A stretch of 38,245 nt of DNA from a virus (lineage: Duplodnaviria > Caudoviricetes). The position numbers and the translations under genes were made by a program. Positions 1 to 8,150 of the stretch are shown here, one piece after another. The number at the start of each line of letters is the position of its first letter. The stretch's first letter is position 1. The notes beneath the pieces were generated by a model. It had not been told where the DNA came from, did not search any database, and saw only the letters and a program-made list of their open reading frames with translations. The DNA is taken from the IMG/VR virus record IMGVR_UViG_3300048625_000129, positions 1 to 38,245 of that record. One strand, given 5' to 3'.

Positions 1-127
1 GTCTTTGCGTTTCTTGTTGACTACGCCAGACTGTCTGCGTGCGTTGATGGCATCGCGGTCCAGTGCTTTGGTGTCGATCTTGAAGATCGGGTTTTTGATG
101 TCGAATGCGTTGGTCATACTGCCGCCG
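1..127. repeat. Terminal direct repeat, left copy (circular assembly overlap)
   Basis: 1-127 is identical to 38119-38245; 127 is a common assembler k-mer length and the repeat cuts through a gene. Confidence 0.95.
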
Positions 128-542
128 TTAGTTTTGCTTTGTCGTGTTCTCTGCGGCTTTGCGCCCATTCGAATCCTAATTTCAGCGCGTCGTCGTAGGT
201 TTTCGCGTACACGAATTCTGTGTAATAGTGGCCCCAGCTATAACGGCAGCCATTTCCATCACCGTAGAACGTGCGGACAGGCGTTGCGACCTGCACTAAA
301 AGCCCAGTGAAGCCGTTGGTGAAAAGCACTTCACCGACTGTTTCTGGCTCGTCTTCGTGGCGCTCAATGACGCCTGCGATCTTCTCGACGCTCTTATGAA
401 TATGATCGCGTACTTCGAAGTAATCGAAGTCTTCAGGTAAATGGCGGCCTTCAAATGCGTCTGTGGCTATCAGTGATCCAAGATCAATGACGCGAAGCAC
501 ACGCATATCGTGATCAAAGAATTGTTCGGTGCGTGATTTCAT
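114..542 (-). CDS. Hypothetical phage protein (142 aa)
   Basis: ORF with ATGA overlaps to both neighbours and globular composition. Confidence 0.75.
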   Translation of the reverse strand: MKSRTEQFFDHDMRVLRVIDLGSLIATDAFEGRHLPEDFDYFEVRDHIHKSVEKIAGVIERHEDEPETVGEVLFTNGFTGLLVQVATPVRTFYGDGNGCRYSWGHYYTEFVYAKTYDDALKLGFEWAQSRREHDKAKLTAAV

Positions 543-745
543 TGCGTGCTTTCAGTTTGTTGTTGGTGACGCTTTCGCTCGGCCTTGGTGCCGGCCGTAA
601 AGCCTGACAGCACGCCGGCGCAGGCTGCGTCTTTCAGCATGCGCGCCAGGTGTAGTTTGTTGATCATGTGGCTGGTTTCTTGTTGCAGCAGCTTGGCCAC
701 GATGTGGTCGATGTCAGCGCGCAGGTTTGGGTCCATGATTGGCAT
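539..745 (-). CDS. Hypothetical phage protein (MPIMDPNL...)
   Basis: ATG at 745, 2 nt after the upstream stop; stop overlaps next ATG. Confidence 0.65.
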   Translation of the reverse strand: MPIMDPNLRADIDHIVAKLLQQETSHMINKLHLARMLKDAACAGVLSGFTAGTKAERKRHQQQTESTQ

Positions 746-747
746 GT

Positions 748-945
748 TCAGCCCCACAGGTGGCAAACCAAGAAACCGGCAGCGAATGCCAGCGTGATGT
801 GGACCCAGTATTCAGCCTGCGCAGCGGCGTCTGATCGGTGGCCTTCCATCCATTCCCAGCGCTGACGGGCTTCGACAGCGTGAACGGTGTTTGGGTAGGC
901 TTCCTGCAATGTGCGTGGGTATTTGCGGGTGGTGTTGTTGATCAT
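748..945 (-). CDS. Small protein with C-terminal transmembrane helix
   Basis: RBS GAGAGGA upstream; TRKYPRTLQEAY N-terminus, hydrophobic C-terminus. Confidence 0.75.
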   Translation of the reverse strand: MINNTTRKYPRTLQEAYPNTVHAVEARQRWEWMEGHRSDAAAQAEYWVHITLAFAAGFLVCHLWG

Positions 946-965
946 GGTTCGGTCCTCTCGTTGTT

Positions 966-1020
966 GGGCTGCACCGTGCTGCCCATGGACCGTATTATGC
1001 CAAAGAATTTGGGTTTCTAA
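966..1020 (-). promoter_or_regulatory. Putative leftward early promoter with 5' hairpin
   Basis: AT-rich intergenic stretch, CATAAT at 999-994, imperfect hairpin 966-984, then RBS; -35 poor. Confidence 0.4.
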
Positions 1021-1382
1021 TCAGTATTAACCCGTAATTGTTGCGTAATCGCAACGGCATCACCAGGTGATCTTGCAATTCCTGCCATTCCGCCGGCTTT
1101 CAATACTTGCGCGATGAAATTGACCTGGTGTTCTGTCGGCCTGCCGTTGGCCGTCTTTACTTCGCAGGCGGTGAACACGGCCACCTTGCGGCCCACCATG
1201 TCGGGTGTGATGACCACTGGCGTCCAGCCGATCAGATCGCTGCCGCCTGGGTTGCCCACGCCGTACTGGATGAACCGTCCGGTCTTTGGGTCTTTGTAGG
1301 CGCCGACGTTGTTGCGGTGCATGACAGAACCGGCCTGCGATAGTGCAAGCCGGATCTGCTGCTGGATGGCGGCTTCGCTCAA
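1017..1382 (-). CDS. VRR-NUC domain nuclease (resolvase-like)
   Basis: SEAAIQQQI, RNNVG, GGSDLIG, EVKT, Q..F motifs; TTG start overlapping upstream stop, GGAG RBS. Confidence 0.85.
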   Translation of the reverse strand: MSEAAIQQQIRLALSQAGSVMHRNNVGAYKDPKTGRFIQYGVGNPGGSDLIGWTPVVITPDMVGRKVAVFTACEVKTANGRPTEHQVNFIAQVLKAGGMAGIARSPGDAVAITQQLRVNTD

Positions 1383-1657
1383 CGCTCCACGCCTTCCAGT
1401 CGATCTGCCACCAGTTTGGCGTAGCCGGCAATGTCCACCCAGCTGTCTGCGTAGTTCGGGTCGCCGTTCAAGATGCGGGCGACCTTGTGCATGATCATTT
1501 CCAACGCCTCGCGCTGGTCGTACTCCAAGTCGCAACCACGCACAGCCTCGTAGTGATGCAGCAAGGCTTTCAGCCGTTGCGCGATCTCTGCGTGGCCGGT
1601 GAATGTGCCGTACCTGGCGCCACGCTCGGCCAGTGTTGTGTCGATGTCTTGCGTCAT
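1379..1657 (-). CDS. DUF6378-like phage protein
   Basis: TLAERGARYG...KVARILNGDPNYADSWVDIAGYA signature. Confidence 0.8.
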   Translation of the reverse strand: MTQDIDTTLAERGARYGTFTGHAEIAQRLKALLHHYEAVRGCDLEYDQREALEMIMHKVARILNGDPNYADSWVDIAGYAKLVADRLEGVER

Positions 1658-2055
1658 AGCGCAGCCCCTTTTCTGTATGGGCTGTTATCGCCTGTGCGCG
1701 ACTTGCAATATGCGATGAACCCTGGTGCGTTTAGGTTCTCTTTCTGCGTTCCCCAAGCCAAGTTTTCGGGTCTGTTGTTTGCAGACTTTTCATCCAAGTG
1801 CATGCAGACCTGCCCGTCTTGCGGCGGACCATTAAATGCCTCGCAAACCAGTCGGTGAACTTTCTGTGTTTTATATCCGCGTCGCGCATACACGAAACGC
1901 GACCCATCCCATTGGCCTGCAGTCGGTTTACCGCCATACACACGCACGCCGCCTTGGGGCAGACTTGCGGTGTATGGCTCGACCATGATGCGACCTTCAG
2001 ATGACGCCAGCAGCCCTGGCTGTGACGGAATTGGTGCCCATGCTTCGATAGTCAT
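1654..2055 (-). CDS. HNH homing endonuclease (NUMOD4-like N-terminus + HNH)
   Basis: EAWAPIP..ASSEGRI and KVHRLVCEAFNG..CMHLD..NNRPENLAWGTQKEN. Confidence 0.85.
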   Translation of the reverse strand: MTIEAWAPIPSQPGLLASSEGRIMVEPYTASLPQGGVRVYGGKPTAGQWDGSRFVYARRGYKTQKVHRLVCEAFNGPPQDGQVCMHLDEKSANNRPENLAWGTQKENLNAPGFIAYCKSRTGDNSPYRKGAAL

Positions 2056-2064
2056 TTCTGATTC

Positions 2065-2373
2065 TCAAAAAGGAATATCTGAATCATCCATCTGCGGCTG
2101 CGGCGCTGGTCGCTGTGCAGGTGCCTGGCGTGGTGCTGCGGCTGGCGCTTGGCCGTCAGCTGCGCGTGGTTCGAACAACGAACAGATCACACGGTCTTTG
2201 CCTGGTTCGCGTGGTGCGGCTGCCAGGTTGACCATGGGGTCCAGCAGGATGAACGGGCCGTTGTCGCCTTGCATGACCGCGCCGATGTTCATGTATCGGT
2301 TTTTGGTCTGGCCCTGGCCGTCTTGGTAGCTGCCGGTTTTGACTGCGATGTCGTATTTTTTCGTGATTGCCAT
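2065..2373 (-). CDS. ssb: Putative single-stranded DNA-binding protein
   Basis: beta-rich N-terminus, Pro/Ala/Gln linker, acidic tail DDSDIPF; RBS GAGGA. Confidence 0.7.
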   Translation of the reverse strand: MAITKKYDIAVKTGSYQDGQGQTKNRYMNIGAVMQGDNGPFILLDPMVNLAAAPREPGKDRVICSLFEPRAADGQAPAAAPRQAPAQRPAPQPQMDDSDIPF

Positions 2374-2397
2374 GTAATGGTCCTCGATTGATTGAAT

Positions 2398-2470
2398 AAA
2401 AATCCACGTCTTTCCGTGGTGTCAGCTGGCGCACGACGCGAAAGGAGTTTCGCCGTCACCAGCAGCCGGT
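2398..2470 (-). ncRNA. Candidate structured RNA (two hairpins joined by UGACA)
   Basis: Minus strand: bulged stem GCUGG..GAC.GCGAAA-CUCC-UUUCGC.GUC..CCAGC, UGACA linker, CCACG-GAAAGA-CGUGG hairpin, short U tract. Confidence 0.5.
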
Positions 2471-2471
2471 G

Positions 2472-2771
2472 TTACGCGCCACCGCCGGCTGGGCGTACCC
2501 CTTTTCCAAGCTGTCGTGCGTTCCACAGGGCTGTGATTCTATTTTGCAATTTGGCCAATGCGGCCTCACCGCGAATTTCTTTGATGCCTTTGACCCATTT
2601 GCCTGTGTAGGTGTTGTTGTAGCCCCACAAATATCGCCGGCGCTGCACCAACGGCATGGCCAGAACGGCGCTGGCTTCGCATTCCTCGCGCCAGTCGTCC
2701 GACCAGGTGCAGGTTTCTTGGCCGTCGTGCATCAGCACGCGCATGTGGTTGCACTTTGGATAGCAGGTCAT
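2472..2771 (-). CDS. Hypothetical phage protein (99 aa)
   Basis: ATGA overlap with helicase stop; TWSDDWREECEA motif. Confidence 0.7.
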   Translation of the reverse strand: MTCYPKCNHMRVLMHDGQETCTWSDDWREECEASAVLAMPLVQRRRYLWGYNNTYTGKWVKGIKEIRGEAALAKLQNRITALWNARQLGKGVRPAGGGA

Positions 2772-4132
2772 AGGCCCAGCATCCTCGAACCCTTGATGCG
2801 CAGCTGCTGGTAGACCCAGCCGATTTTGTAGCCGCGTTCCTCTGCGATGCGCTTCAGATCCTCGATGCTGCGTGCCTTGCCGACCTCTTGGCGCTTCTCG
2901 CGCTTGATGGCTGTGATCTCGGCCAGCTCACCGTCGGTCTGTGCGACCACCTTGGGCTTGGCCGCATGCACGTGGCCGCAGTTCGGGCACTCGGCCTGCG
3001 GCTTGAACACGAAGTAGCAGCGTTCACACTGGCGCACCGCCTCGACGGCGTCGGCGGACTTGCTGCGTTTCTTTGCGCCATCCAGCGACCATTCGCGTGG
3101 CTCCGTTGGCAGTCCGTGGTTCAGCGCGTTGCCAGCGTGGTCCAGCACGATGCAGTCGGTCTTGCCTGGGTGCAGTCGCAGACCGCGGCCGACGCTTTGC
3201 AGGTACTTGGTCACGGACTTGGTGGGCGCCAGCAATATGATGCAGCTGACCGCTGGGCAGTCGACGCCGGCCACCCACAGCTGGCAGTTCACCACCACGT
3301 CGATGCGACCGGCTGCCAGGTCCACCAGGGCGGCGTCACGGTCTGTCTGGTCGCTGCTGCCGCTGATCGCCACGGCTCGGTAGCCGGCGCCGTTGAACAT
3401 GGCCGTCGTGTCTTTGGCGTGCTTCACCGATGTGCAGAACACCACCGTCGGCCGGCCGTGCGCAAGCTTGCGGTAGTGGTCCACCGCGTTGCCGGTGATC
3501 TTTGGTTTGTTCATCGCCGTGGCCAGCTGGCCTTGCGCATAGTCGCCGGCAATGGTGGCCACGCCTGTCAGATCTGGCGTGCTGGGCGCGAAGTAGCGAA
3601 TTGGCACCAGCATGCCCATGTCGATCAGATCTTGCGTGCCGCAGGTCTGCACGATGGTGTCGGCCACCTCGCGCATGCCGCGGCCGTCCAGTCGTACCGG
3701 TGTCGCTGTCAGGTGCAGCAGCAGCGGGTTGCCGCAGTCTTCGATCACTTGGCGGTAGGTGCTGGCCACGGCCAGGTGGGCTTCGTCGATCACTATCAGG
3801 TGCGGCTTGCGGTGCATGCCAAGGCGACGGGCTGCGGTCTGCACGCTCACCACCTGCACCTGGCTGAATGGGTCGCACTGCCGGTTCGCCATGATGAAGC
3901 TGTGCGGGATGCCTTCGGTGGTCAGCTTGGCGCTGGTGGCCGTCAGGATCTCGCGCAAGTGCGCCATGAACCAGACGGTGTGGCCACGGTTGACGGCCGA
4001 CCGGATGATGGTGGCCGCTGTGTGTGTCTTGCCGCTGCCGGTGGGCGCGCACAGGATCGGCGCGCGGTAGCCTTCGCGGTAGGCGTTGCGCAGCTGCTCG
4101 ATGGCTTCGGTTTGGTATGGGCGCAGGCTCAC
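2768..4132 (-). CDS. Superfamily 2 DEAH-box helicase with C-terminal zinc ribbon
   Basis: LRPYQ, APTGSGKT, DEAH, TATP, QSVGRGLR, CERC..CPNC; GTG start overlaps upstream stop. Confidence 0.93.
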   Translation of the reverse strand: MSLRPYQTEAIEQLRNAYREGYRAPILCAPTGSGKTHTAATIIRSAVNRGHTVWFMAHLREILTATSAKLTTEGIPHSFIMANRQCDPFSQVQVVSVQTAARRLGMHRKPHLIVIDEAHLAVASTYRQVIEDCGNPLLLHLTATPVRLDGRGMREVADTIVQTCGTQDLIDMGMLVPIRYFAPSTPDLTGVATIAGDYAQGQLATAMNKPKITGNAVDHYRKLAHGRPTVVFCTSVKHAKDTTAMFNGAGYRAVAISGSSDQTDRDAALVDLAAGRIDVVVNCQLWVAGVDCPAVSCIILLAPTKSVTKYLQSVGRGLRLHPGKTDCIVLDHAGNALNHGLPTEPREWSLDGAKKRSKSADAVEAVRQCERCYFVFKPQAECPNCGHVHAAKPKVVAQTDGELAEITAIKREKRQEVGKARSIEDLKRIAEERGYKIGWVYQQLRIKGSRMLGL

Positions 4133-4233
4133 AGCGGCCCCCACATCGTGAAGCCTAACCAGACGATGCGAAGCCATGTGCCGACCAGCAGCGCGAAGAT
4201 GACGGACGACGCCATTGACGTGATGAAGTTCAT
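4129..4233 (-). CDS. 34-aa membrane peptide MNFITSMASSVIFALLVGTWLRIVWLGFTMWGPL (not in ORF track)
   Basis: Fills gap exactly: ATGA overlap with HTH gene stop, GTGA overlap with helicase start. Confidence 0.65.
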   Translation of the reverse strand: MNFITSMASSVIFALLVGTWLRIVWLGFTMWGPL

Positions 4234-4430
4234 GCGCGCGCCTGCTCTTTCAGGCGCTGGGCTGCCTCGATGACGCGTTCCCATGTGCGTGTGGTTGGCT
4301 GTGCTGCGCCGGTTTTCCAGCGGTGCAGCGTGGTGTTGCTGATCCCTGCTTCTCTCAGGATGTCATTGGGTTTCACGCGGCAGGTGACCGCGATTTCACA
4401 GACTTTCCAGTAGTAGTCATTGCTTTTCAT
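4230..4430 (-). CDS. Cro-like helix-turn-helix protein
   Basis: DILREAGISNTTLHRWKTGAAQP XRE-type HTH; first gene at the divergence point. Confidence 0.8.
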   Translation of the reverse strand: MKSNDYYWKVCEIAVTCRVKPNDILREAGISNTTLHRWKTGAAQPTTRTWERVIEAAQRLKEQARA

Positions 4431-4561
4431 TGGATTCAGTATTGCTAAAAGTTGTTGCAGAATAGCATCATAATCCACGGTTCTGCATCTTTGGGTTGTT
4501 TTTCAGGTAATAATCTGCACCCACGGTGATTTTCCGTGAACTTTGAAAGGATTGGCAATAA
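4431..4561. promoter_or_regulatory. Divergent control region
   Basis: AT-rich gap between oppositely oriented operons; TAATAAT 4508-4514, hairpin CACGG/CCGTG 4522-4538, RBS AAGGA. Confidence 0.55.
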
Positions 4562-5404
4562 ATGAAAACCGGCATCTATTCTGGGATCTCAAACGACGAC
4601 TACCACGGCGGCGTTGGTATCTCTAAATCTGGCCTCGATGTGCTTGCGCGTTCGCCGCTGCACTACTGGTCCAAATACCTCGACCCGAACCGCGAACGCA
4701 AAGAACCGACGCCGGCGATGAAGCTGGGCACGGCAATTCACACCGCGGTGCTGGAACCCGACGAATTCACCAAGCGCCACATGGTCGCGCCGCAGGTCGA
4801 CCGCCGCACCAAGGACGGGAAGGCCACCTGGGAACAGTTTGTGGCTGACGCCGAAGCGGCCGGTGCGGATCTGATCAGCGCAGACGACTTCGCCACCTGC
4901 CAGGCGATCAGCCGCCAAGTGCGCGAACACCCGACAGCGCGCAAAGTATTCGCCAACGGCACGCCAGAACTGTCAGCCTACTGGACCGACAAAGAAACCG
5001 GCCTGCTGTGCAAGTGCCGTCCTGACTGGCTGGGCCTGCCACTGATCGTGGATCTGAAGTCGACTGAAGACGCCAGCGCTGAAGGCTTTGCCAAGTCGGC
5101 GTGGAATTTCCGCTACTGGGTGCAGGCCGCCTGGTACGTGGACGGCATCGAACAAGCCACCGGCCAGCGACCCGATGCGTTCGTGTTTGCGGCATTTGAA
5201 AAGTCGGCGCCGTACGCCTGCGCGTTCTACTTTGCGGACGAAGCTATGCTGGACATGGGCCGCCGTGAATATCGCCGCCTGCTGCGCATCCTGGCTGACT
5301 GCACGGCCGCTGACCGTTGGCCAGGTTACACCACCGACGTGATGCCGCTGGGTGTGCCTGCATGGGCGCTGAAGGCCGCCAACGACAACCAACCAACCAC
5401 CTGA
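4562..5404 (+). CDS. RecE/exonuclease VIII-like PD-(D/E)XK nuclease (DUF3799-like)
   Basis: YH..GISKSGLD, GTAIHTAVLEP, KCRPDW..IVDLKST, YWVQAAWY. Confidence 0.9.
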   Translation: MKTGIYSGISNDDYHGGVGISKSGLDVLARSPLHYWSKYLDPNRERKEPTPAMKLGTAIHTAVLEPDEFTKRHMVAPQVDRRTKDGKATWEQFVADAEAAGADLISADDFATCQAISRQVREHPTARKVFANGTPELSAYWTDKETGLLCKCRPDWLGLPLIVDLKSTEDASAEGFAKSAWNFRYWVQAAWYVDGIEQATGQRPDAFVFAAFEKSAPYACAFYFADEAMLDMGRREYRRLLRILADCTAADRWPGYTTDVMPLGVPAWALKAANDNQPTT

Positions 5405-5413
5405 AAGACCCTT

Positions 5414-6394
5414 ATGTCCGAAAATTCACTTGTAACAATTGAACGCCCAACGGCGCTGTCTGTTTTCACAAGCCAAGAAGCGGTTGATAGCATGATCGAC
5501 CAGATCGAGAAAATTGCCAGATCACAACTCGCGTTTGATGTCGGTACGGCAAAGGAACGAAAGGAAATTGCCAGCCTGGCTTTTAAAGTGGCACAGACCA
5601 AAACCTATATTGACGCGGTCGGCAAAGACTTGGTGGCAGAAATGAAGGAGCTGCCACGCAGAATTGATGAAACGCGGAAGCATGTTCGTGACCGCCTAGA
5701 TGCTCTGCGTGACGAAGTTCGCGCGCCGCTGGACGCATGGGAAGCTGAACAAGAACGGATCGCCAAGGAAAAAGCGGAAGCGGAAGCCGCAGCCAAGGCG
5801 CGGGCAGAACGGATTGCAGCCGACATTGCTGCGTTTGTCGCAGCGCCCACATTCGTATTTGGAAAACCATCCAGCGTGATCGCGGCTCAGCTTAATGCAT
5901 TTTCTTCCTTGCGCCCGTTTCCCGACCAGTTCGATGATCGCTTTGAAGAAGCCACGCGCGTCTGGGCTTCTGCCATAGATGCTCTGACCGTCATGCTGGC
6001 TCAGACCAAAGAACGCGAACAGTTCGAACAAGAACAGCGTGACAGGCGTATCGCTGCTGAAGCCGAAGAACGTGCGCGTAAGGCTGCTGAACAGCAGATC
6101 ATTGATGCGAGATTGGCGCAGGAACGCGCAGAACTCGCAAAGGTCGACGCGGAAGAACGTGCGAAACGCGCCGCCGAAGAAGCGACTGCAAGGGAACGCG
6201 CTCGGATACAAGAGGAAGAACGCGCAGCCGCAGCAGAGGCAGAACGCCGTGCAAAAAACCTTAAGCACAAAAAGGCGGTGAACAATGCAGCGCTTCAGGA
6301 CCTAACCGCGCTTGGTCTTTCTGATGACCATGGCAAAGCCGTAATCCTTGCGATCGCAGCAGGGAAAGTTTCACACATCAGCATCACTTACTGA
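5414..6394 (+). CDS. Phage coiled-coil protein (TolA-like E/A/R-rich region)
   Basis: RKEIASLAFKVAQTKTYID..GK, long helical run, C-terminal HKKAVNNAAL..IAAGKV..ISITY. Confidence 0.8.
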   Translation: MSENSLVTIERPTALSVFTSQEAVDSMIDQIEKIARSQLAFDVGTAKERKEIASLAFKVAQTKTYIDAVGKDLVAEMKELPRRIDETRKHVRDRLDALRDEVRAPLDAWEAEQERIAKEKAEAEAAAKARAERIAADIAAFVAAPTFVFGKPSSVIAAQLNAFSSLRPFPDQFDDRFEEATRVWASAIDALTVMLAQTKEREQFEQEQRDRRIAAEAEERARKAAEQQIIDARLAQERAELAKVDAEERAKRAAEEATARERARIQEEERAAAAEAERRAKNLKHKKAVNNAALQDLTALGLSDDHGKAVILAIAAGKVSHISITY

Positions 6395-6403
6395 GGAAGT
6401 TTT

Positions 6404-6448
6404 ATGCCATTTGAAGTCATCCAATCAAAACGCCAGGCCGCTGCATGA
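6404..6448 (+). pseudogene. 14-codon relic of an AAA ATPase 5' end (MPFEVIQSKRQAAA)
   Basis: Aligns with MSFEIIPAKRQGAR at 6785; RBS GAGGA; its TGA overlaps the ATG at 6445. Confidence 0.65.
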
Positions 6449-6768
6449 AGCACTTGGTGCTGGCTTTGGCCATGCTGTCCGCGACCTCGGCGCACGCAGA
6501 GTTCTACGACGGCAACATGCTGCTGCAACGCATGAAAGGCGATGCCCTCGAACAGATGGCTGCGCTTGGTTACGTGGCCGGCGTTTGGGATGCCTACATG
6601 GGCGTCCTGATCTGTCCACCGCCGAATGTGTCGCTGAACCAAGCCCGCGACCTCACGCGCCAGCTGCTCGAAAAGATGCCGCAACGCCGCCACCAAGGCG
6701 CTGACCGGTTTGTGATCGCAGCCGGCGCCACAAATTTCCCCTGTCCTAAACCTGGCCAACCGGCCTAA
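6445..6768 (+). CDS. Rap1a/Tai-family immunity-like secreted protein
   Basis: Signal peptide ending AHA; GNMLL, GYVAGVWD, ICPP..V..NQ, P..RH..A, FPC motifs. Confidence 0.75.
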   Translation: MKHLVLALAMLSATSAHAEFYDGNMLLQRMKGDALEQMAALGYVAGVWDAYMGVLICPPPNVSLNQARDLTRQLLEKMPQRRHQGADRFVIAAGATNFPCPKPGQPA

Positions 6769-6784
6769 TTCTTGAAAGCTCAAA

Positions 6785-7792
6785 ATGTCATTCGAAATCA
6801 TCCCAGCGAAGCGCCAAGGCGCACGCCTCTTGATCCAGTTGTCGGGTCCATCCGGCTCCGGCAAAACCTACACCGCGCTGCAGTTGGCGTTCGGCCTTGC
6901 CGGCAAAGACGCCAGCAAGGTGGTGCTGATCGACACCGAAAACCGCCGCGGTTCGCTGTATGCCGACATCCTGCCTGGCAAAGCTCAGTTCAACAAACTG
7001 GACTTTTACGCGCCGTTCAGCCCCGACCGCTACATTGAAGCCATCGACGCCGCGTGCCGTGCTGGCGCCGAAGTCATCGTCATCGACAGCGTGACGCACG
7101 AATGGGAAAGCGAAGGCGGCTGCGAATGGATCGCCAACCAGACGCGCTTCCCAGACTGGAAACGTGCCAAGGCTCTGCACAAGCGCTTTATGACGCACAT
7201 GCTTCAGTCGCCGGCGCACATCATCGCCTGCACCCGTGCGCGTGAAAAAGTCGACTTCACCGATCCGAAAAACCCCATCAAGCTCGGCATCCAGCCCATC
7301 CAGGAAAAGAACTTCAGCTACGAAGCCACCGTCAGCCTGATGATGCACAACCAGGGCTACAGCCAGGACGTGCTGAAGTGCCCAGCAGAACTGCAGTCGG
7401 TGCTTGGCCGTGGTGAAGGTTACATCGGCGCCAAGGAAGGCCAGCAGCTGCGCAAGTGGGTGGACGGCGCCGAACAGGTGGACCCAGCCATCGAACACCA
7501 CCGCGGTCTGTTGTTGAACGTGACAGAGCAAGGTGTCGAAGCGCTGAAGAAAGCATGGACCAAGACGCCAGCCAATATCCAAAAAGCATTGGGCGATAAC
7601 TTCAAAGATCAGCTGAAGGCTTCGGCAGCCGCATTCGACGAAGGTCGCAAGTCACAAACGGTAGACACACCGTCTTCAATCGCTGCATTAAATTCATCAG
7701 ACCAATCTGTGGACAATGACCAACAGTCCAATGGCCACGGCCAGCCTGAATACGTAAGCAATGCGACATCGGGGGGTGTAAATGTTTTCTGA
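6785..7792 (+). CDS. AAA-family ATPase (Sak4-like recombination ATPase)
   Basis: Walker A GPSGSGKT, IDTE, Walker B VIVIDSVTHEW; in operon with RecE-like nuclease. Confidence 0.85.
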   Translation: MSFEIIPAKRQGARLLIQLSGPSGSGKTYTALQLAFGLAGKDASKVVLIDTENRRGSLYADILPGKAQFNKLDFYAPFSPDRYIEAIDAACRAGAEVIVIDSVTHEWESEGGCEWIANQTRFPDWKRAKALHKRFMTHMLQSPAHIIACTRAREKVDFTDPKNPIKLGIQPIQEKNFSYEATVSLMMHNQGYSQDVLKCPAELQSVLGRGEGYIGAKEGQQLRKWVDGAEQVDPAIEHHRGLLLNVTEQGVEALKKAWTKTPANIQKALGDNFKDQLKASAAAFDEGRKSQTVDTPSSIAALNSSDQSVDNDQQSNGHGQPEYVSNATSGGVNVF

Positions 7793-7808
7793 CAAAGGGG
7801 TCACTGAA

Positions 7809-8003
7809 ATGCCGGCCACGCAGTACCTGACGCCATCCGAACTGGTTGCGCGTTACAAGCAGACCATCACCATTCGGACACTGGCGAACTGGCGCAGCAC
7901 CGGCGAAGGCCCACGCTACACCAAGATCGGCGGTCGCGTTCTCTATCCATCGCAAGCTGTGACGGAATGGGAAAGCGCACGGACTTTGGGTGCAAAGGCG
8001 TGA
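7809..8003 (+). CDS. xis: Excisionase-like / AlpA-type winged HTH protein
   Basis: YLTPSELV..TLANWRSTGEGPRYTKIGGRVLY; adjacent to attP. Confidence 0.7.
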   Translation: MPATQYLTPSELVARYKQTITIRTLANWRSTGEGPRYTKIGGRVLYPSQAVTEWESARTLGAKA

Positions 8004-8014
8004 ACACCGACTAA

Positions 8015-8038
8015 AGGGCACCCGTTGGGGCACCCTTA
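8015..8038. repeat. Left integrase arm-type site pair
   Basis: AGGGCACCCGTT GGGGCACCC, 12-bp period, similar to pair at 8269-8291. Confidence 0.65.
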
Positions 8039-8044
8039 CAAACT

Positions 8045-8070
8045 TGGCCCCTTCGCGGGGCCATTTTTTT
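8045..8070 (+). terminator. Rho-independent terminator after xis
   Basis: TGGCCCC-TTCGC-GGGGCCA followed by T7. Confidence 0.85.
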
Positions 8071-8093
8071 CTGTGTGATTTCAGTGGTTTAGG

Positions 8094-8141
8094 TGGTGAG
8101 CGCTGTGGGGGTCGAACCCACGACCTACTGATTAAAAGTCA
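8094..8141 (-). mobile_element. attP core: 3' half of tRNA-Lys(UUU)
   Basis: Minus strand TGACTTTTAATCAGTAGGTCGTGGGTTCGACCCCCACAGCGCTCACCA = anticodon loop, T-arm, acceptor strand, CCA; no D-arm; lies between xis and int. Confidence 0.92.
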
Positions 8142-8150
8142 CAAAATGTC

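Noticed and set aside
1-127. Terminal repeat as a biological DTR
   Set aside because: Length equals a standard assembler k-mer, it splits a gene, and the GpA terminase implies cos ends near 32.4 kb
2888-4273. 461-aa plus-strand ORF and similar long antisense ORFs (6788-7582, 16355-17221, 26637-27449, 28519-29391)
   Set aside because: Shadows of well-supported genes on the other strand in GC-rich DNA; no motifs
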